Shown: one piece after another, positions 60,300 to 64,000 of the stretch | Numbering within the stretch: position 1 is the stretch's first letter | How the letters are laid out: every line of letters starts with the position of its first letter | Assembly (NCBI GenBank): GCA_963805625.1 | Contig: CAWDVE010000012.1 | Coordinates: 64,001 to 128,000, forward strand | Direction: 5' to 3' | Length of the DNA stretch: 64,000 bases | From: an uncultured Candidatus Rokubacteria bacterium | GTDB lineage: Bacteria; Methylomirabilota; Methylomirabilia; Rokubacteriales; DASRDR01 | Notes under the pieces: model-generated | What the model saw: only the letters and a program-made list of their open reading frames with translations | Database searches by the model: none | What the model was told of the DNA's origin: nothing | Program-made: the position numbers and the translations under genes

Positions 60300-61279
60300 T
60301 GGACCGGCGCGCGTTCGTCCGTGCGCTGGGCCTGGGCATCCTCGCCCGGCCCATGGCCGCCGAGCCGCAGCCCGCTAAGGTCGCCCGCGTCGGGTATCTC
60401 TCGAGCGGCGTATTCGCACGGACGGATCCGGTCGAGGGGGAACTCCTGCGGGGGCTCCGCGAGCAGGGGTACACCGAAGGCCAGAACCTCGCCATCGAGT
60501 ACCGCTCAGCTGAGGGGCGCAACGAGGCCTTCCCGGACCTGGCCGCGGAATTGGTCCGACTCAAGGTGGAAGTCATCGTGGCCCACTCGGCGCCGGCGAC
60601 GCTGGCGGCCAAGCAGGCGACGACCACGATCCCCATCGTGCTGCTGAACGTCGCGGACCCCGTCGGGGTGGGGCTGGTCGCCAGCCTGGCGCGCCCGGGC
60701 GGCAACGTCACCGGGGTGTCGAGCCAGGCCGCCGACTTTACCGCCAAGCTCCTGGAACTGGCCAAGCAGGCGGTGCCGCGGCTCGACCGGGTGGCCGTCA
60801 TCACGACCCCGACGAATCCGGCCCTGGCCCCGCGCGTGAGGGACCTCGAGGCAGCCGCCTCGGCGCTCGGGATCACGCTCGACTCCTTTGGAGTGGGCGG
60901 GCCGCCGGAGATCCAGCAGGCGTTCCCGGCGATGACCAAGAGGGGGACTCACGCGGTCGTGGTACTGGCGGACAACCTCATCTGGTTTCACCGCGCGCAG
61001 ATCCTCGATCTGGCCACCCGAAGCCATCTCCCGACCATCTGCATGTTCAAGGTGTGGGCCGGCGCGGGATGTCTCCTGGCCTATGGGCCGAGCCTCGCCC
61101 ACATGTGGTATCAGGCGGGCGTGTTCGCGGGCAAGCTCCTGAATGGCGCCAAGCCTGCCACCCTTCCCGTCGAGCAGCCCACGAAGTTCGAGCTAGTCGT
61201 GAACCTCAAAACCGCCAAGGCGCTCGGTCTCACGATTCCGCCCGCGGTGCTCGCGCGAGTGGATGAGGTCATCCAATAA
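60299..61279 (+). CDS. ABC transporter substrate-binding protein, unit 2
   Basis: MDRRAF signal, [32 protein letters not shown]. Confidence 0.92.
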   Translation: MDRRAFVRALGLGILARPMAAEPQPAKVARVGYLSSGVFARTDPVEGELLRGLREQGYTEGQNLAIEYRSAEGRNEAFPDLAAELVRLKVEVIVAHSAPATLAAKQATTTIPIVLLNVADPVGVGLVASLARPGGNVTGVSSQAADFTAKLLELAKQAVPRLDRVAVITTPTNPALAPRVRDLEAAASALGITLDSFGVGGPPEIQQAFPAMTKRGTHAVVVLADNLIWFHRAQILDLATRSHLPTICMFKVWAGAGCLLAYGPSLAHMWYQAGVFAGKLLNGAKPATLPVEQPTKFELVVNLKTAKALGLTIPPAVLARVDEVIQ

Positions 61280-62281
61280 TGAACCGACGTGTTTTCGTCC
61301 TTGGCTCCCTCGGCCTCCTTGCCGCGCCGCTCGCCGCCGAGGCGCAGGCGGTGCCGAGGGTGTACCGGATCGCCCTCATCGTCAGCCTCGCGCCGGTCGG
61401 GGAGATGACGGAATCGGCAAACCCGGCGCTCCGCGCGTTCTTCGGGGAGCTGCGGAGCCTGGGCTACGTCGACGGCCAGAACCTCGTCGTCGCGGCGGTC
61501 CGCCCTCGGGCGTCCGGAACGCTTTCCCGAGATCGCGGCGGAGGTGGTGCGCCTCAATCCTGACCTCATCGTGGTGGGCCCCAACCGGATCGCCCGCGCG
61601 TTTCGGGCCGCGACCAGCACGATTCCCACCGTCGGCGCGGGCCTCAGCTTCCCGGTGGAGTACGGGCTCGCCGTGAGCCTGGCGCGGCCCGGCGGCAACC
61701 TGACCGGCATCACGGATGATGCGGGCCCGGAGATCGCCGCCAAAGCGCTTGAGGCGCTCGCGGAGGCGGTGCCGGGCACCGCCCGGGTGGCGTATACCGC
61801 GACGACCACTATCTGGAATGGGCCAATGGGACAACTGCTGCGAGCTGGCGCTCAACAGCGTGGTGTCACCCTGGTCGCCGCCTTGATGGATGGCCCATTC
61901 CTGGAGGCCCAGTATCTGGAGACGTTCCGGACCATCACGCAGACCGGCGCGGAGGCGGTGCTCGTCGGCCCCACCGGTGAGCACTGGGGCAACCGGCGTC
62001 TGATCGCCGAGCTGGCCTTACGGAACCGGCTCCCGACGATGGCCCCCTCGCGGGAGTTCGTCGAGGCCGGCGGTCTCATGGCCTATGGCGTCAGCACGCC
62101 GGACAACTGGCGACGTGCCGCCCTGTACGTGGACCGTATCCTGAAGGGAGCTAAGCCTGGTGACCTTCCGTTTGAACAGCCCACGAAGTTCGAGTTGGTG
62201 ATCAACATGAAGACCGCCAAGGCCCTCGGCCTCACGATCCCCCCGGCGGTGCTCGCTCGGGTCGACGAGGTGATCGAATAG
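61279..62281 (+). pseudogene. ABC substrate-binding protein, unit 3, frameshifted near 61490
   Basis: N-terminal ORF ends GQNLVV; the continuation [19 protein letters not shown] is in another frame (small indel or sequencing error). Confidence 0.82.
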
Positions 62282-63283
62282 GTGAACCGCCGTACGTTCG
62301 TGGCGGGCTGCCTCGGTCTGCTGGGCGCACCACTCGCCGCCGAGGCGCAGTCGGCGGGAAAGCGATACCGGATCGCGTTCCTCTCGAACGATGGACCGCT
62401 CCCGACGATGTGCGTCCCCGACCCGAGCGACGTGGGATTCCGAGGCTTGCGAGACGGGCTTCGCGAGCTAGGCTATCGGGAGGGTGTCCAGATCACGTTC
62501 GAGTGCCGCTCGGCCGAGGGCAATTACAGTCGGCTGCCCGAGCTCGCCCGCGAGATCGTCCGGGCCGGTCCGCACGTGATCGTCGCTTCCTCCTCCCCGG
62601 CGTCGCTGGCCGCAAAAGCGGCGACCGGCACGCTTCCCATCGTGTCCGTGTACACGGCGGATCCTGTCGATCTCGGTCTGGTGGCGAGCCTGGCGCGCCC
62701 GGGTGGAAACGTGACCGGCATCTCGGCGCTCGCGGCAGATTATGTGGCGAAATGCTTGCAGCTCTTGAAGGAGACGGTTCCTCGAGCCACGCGCATCGGC
62801 GTGCTCGGGCACGGTGAGAATCGGACCTTCCGTATCTACCAACGGGAGCTGGAGCCCGCCGCGACAACTCTCGGGCTGCATCTCAAGTTCCGCCGGCTGG
62901 CGAAGGTCGAGGACATCGACAGCGACGTTGCCGCGCTCGCGAACACGGCCCCCAGCGCGGTGCTCGTGATGCACCAGCCGTTCACGTTCGTGCACCGGGG
63001 ACGGGTCGTTGAAGCGCTCGGCAAGCGACGTCTCCCCGCGATGTTCGGGAGTCGTGAAGCGGTCGAGGCAGGCGGGCTGATGTCCTACGCCGCCAGCGTG
63101 GGCGAGGTGTTCCGGCGGTCGGCCGTGTACGTCGACAAGATCCTCAAGGGCGCGAAGCCCGCCGACCTGCCCGTCGAGCAGCCCACCAAGTTCGAGTTGG
63201 TCATCAACAGGCGGACCGCGAAGGCCCTCGGGCTCACGATCCCGCCGGCCGTGTTGGCGCGGGCGGATGAGGTAATCGAGTAG
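62282..63283 (+). CDS. ABC transporter substrate-binding protein, unit 4
   Basis: MNRRTF signal, [31 protein letters not shown]. Confidence 0.92.
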   Translation: MNRRTFVAGCLGLLGAPLAAEAQSAGKRYRIAFLSNDGPLPTMCVPDPSDVGFRGLRDGLRELGYREGVQITFECRSAEGNYSRLPELAREIVRAGPHVIVASSSPASLAAKAATGTLPIVSVYTADPVDLGLVASLARPGGNVTGISALAADYVAKCLQLLKETVPRATRIGVLGHGENRTFRIYQRELEPAATTLGLHLKFRRLAKVEDIDSDVAALANTAPSAVLVMHQPFTFVHRGRVVEALGKRRLPAMFGSREAVEAGGLMSYAASVGEVFRRSAVYVDKILKGAKPADLPVEQPTKFELVINRRTAKALGLTIPPAVLARADEVIE

Positions 63284-63423
63284 TGGACCGGCGCGCCTTT
63301 GTCGTTGGCACCCTCGGCCTCCTCGCCGCGCCGTTCGCTGCTGAGGCGCAGCCAGAGACAAAGAGGTCGCCTACTGCACGCTTCACAGATCAACTTCATC
63401 AGAGGCAGGGCCTCCATGCCTGA
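63283..63423 (+). pseudogene. 5' remnant (signal peptide) of SBP unit 5
   Basis: MDRRAFVVGTLGLLAAPFAAEAQP then loss of homology. Confidence 0.7.
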
Positions 63424-63874
63424 GATCAAGACCGAGTTTCTGTTCACGATCGCCTTTGAAGTTCAAGTCTTCAACCTCGGCGACACGCCCCATGGCGGCC
63501 GGCGCATCGTCCGGCTCGGTACCGGCAGCTTCGAAGGACCGAAGCTCAAGGGCACGGTGTTACCGGGCGGTGGCGGCTGGTCGCTCATGCGCCGCGATGA
63601 TGTGCTGGAGATCGGCGGCCACGGCCTGGCCCTCGAGACGGACGACAAGCAGCACATCTACATGACCTGGAAGGGATTTCGCCACGGCCCGAAGGAGGTT
63701 ATTGATCGTCTCAATCGCGGTGAGACGGTCGACCCGGAGACGTACTATTTCCGCACCACGCCATACTTCGAGACGAGCTCGGAAAAGTACGGCTGGATGA
63801 ACCGCATCTGCTCGATCGCCTCCGGCTCGCGCACGGCGAGCGGGCGGACCTTCCAGGTGTTTCAGGTGTTGTAA
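63416..63874 (+). CDS. DUF3237 domain protein
   Basis: LGDTPHGGRRI..GSFEGPKLKGTVLPGG, LETDD, YYFRTTPYFETSSEKYGWMNR. Confidence 0.87.
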   Translation: MPEIKTEFLFTIAFEVQVFNLGDTPHGGRRIVRLGTGSFEGPKLKGTVLPGGGGWSLMRRDDVLEIGGHGLALETDDKQHIYMTWKGFRHGPKEVIDRLNRGETVDPETYYFRTTPYFETSSEKYGWMNRICSIASGSRTASGRTFQVFQVL

Positions 63875-63901
63875 GGGGATGCAGGTATGAGCTGCGGACC
63901 C

Positions 63902-63976
63902 CTCAAGACCTCGAAGGCCCTCGGCCTGACGATCCCCCCGGCGGTCCTCGCGCGGGCGGATGAGGTCATCGAGTGA
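63902..63976 (+). pseudogene. 3' remnant of SBP unit 5
   Basis: [24 protein letters not shown]. Confidence 0.75.
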
Positions 63977-64000
63977 TGGACCGGCGAGCCTTCGTCGCTG
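63976..64000 (+). CDS. Start of the next SBP unit (truncated by the window edge)
   Basis: MDRRAFVA, overlapping the preceding TGA. Confidence 0.6.

Noticed and set aside
59145-64000. CRISPR array or integron cassette array
   Set aside because: The repeats are coding ends of paralogous genes; no cas genes, attC structures or integrase were seen.

Overview
High-GC bacterial window. The tandem ABC substrate-binding gene array suggests a Rokubacteria/Methylomirabilota-like host (inference only). About 1-46 kb is an accessory surface-glycan island: GT4, GT2, GT11-like and five GT-C-like membrane proteins, AsnB, a GT2-CapK fusion, a GNAT, DUF362, four IS elements or remnants and several pseudogenes. 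Embedded at about 5.4-18.3 kb is the main find, an apparently undescribed RiPP gene cluster. It holds a stand-alone PqqD/RRE and an unannotated 48-aa precursor absent from the ORF track (9320-9466; leader motif YERPSI, C-terminus SCWWNACPTGCP) followed by a GNRA hairpin. Next come four ferritin-like (DUF455-type) proteins, an HPr-like kinase, an S24/S26 peptidase in place of the lasso B2 protease, two Fe/2OG dioxygenases, a lasso-cyclase-like Asn synthetase and a methyltransferase. A divergent nucleotidyltransferase and ABC exporter lie upstream, and a convergent di-heme CcP/MauG-family protein lies downstream. From 46 to 58 kb are a broken cox locus and amidohydrolase/ABC-uptake catabolic genes. 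From 58.8 to 64 kb are a tRNA-Arg 3' remnant and the tandem SBP array, one unit of which has been replaced internally by a DUF3237 gene. All family calls come from motif recognition by eye, not database searches.
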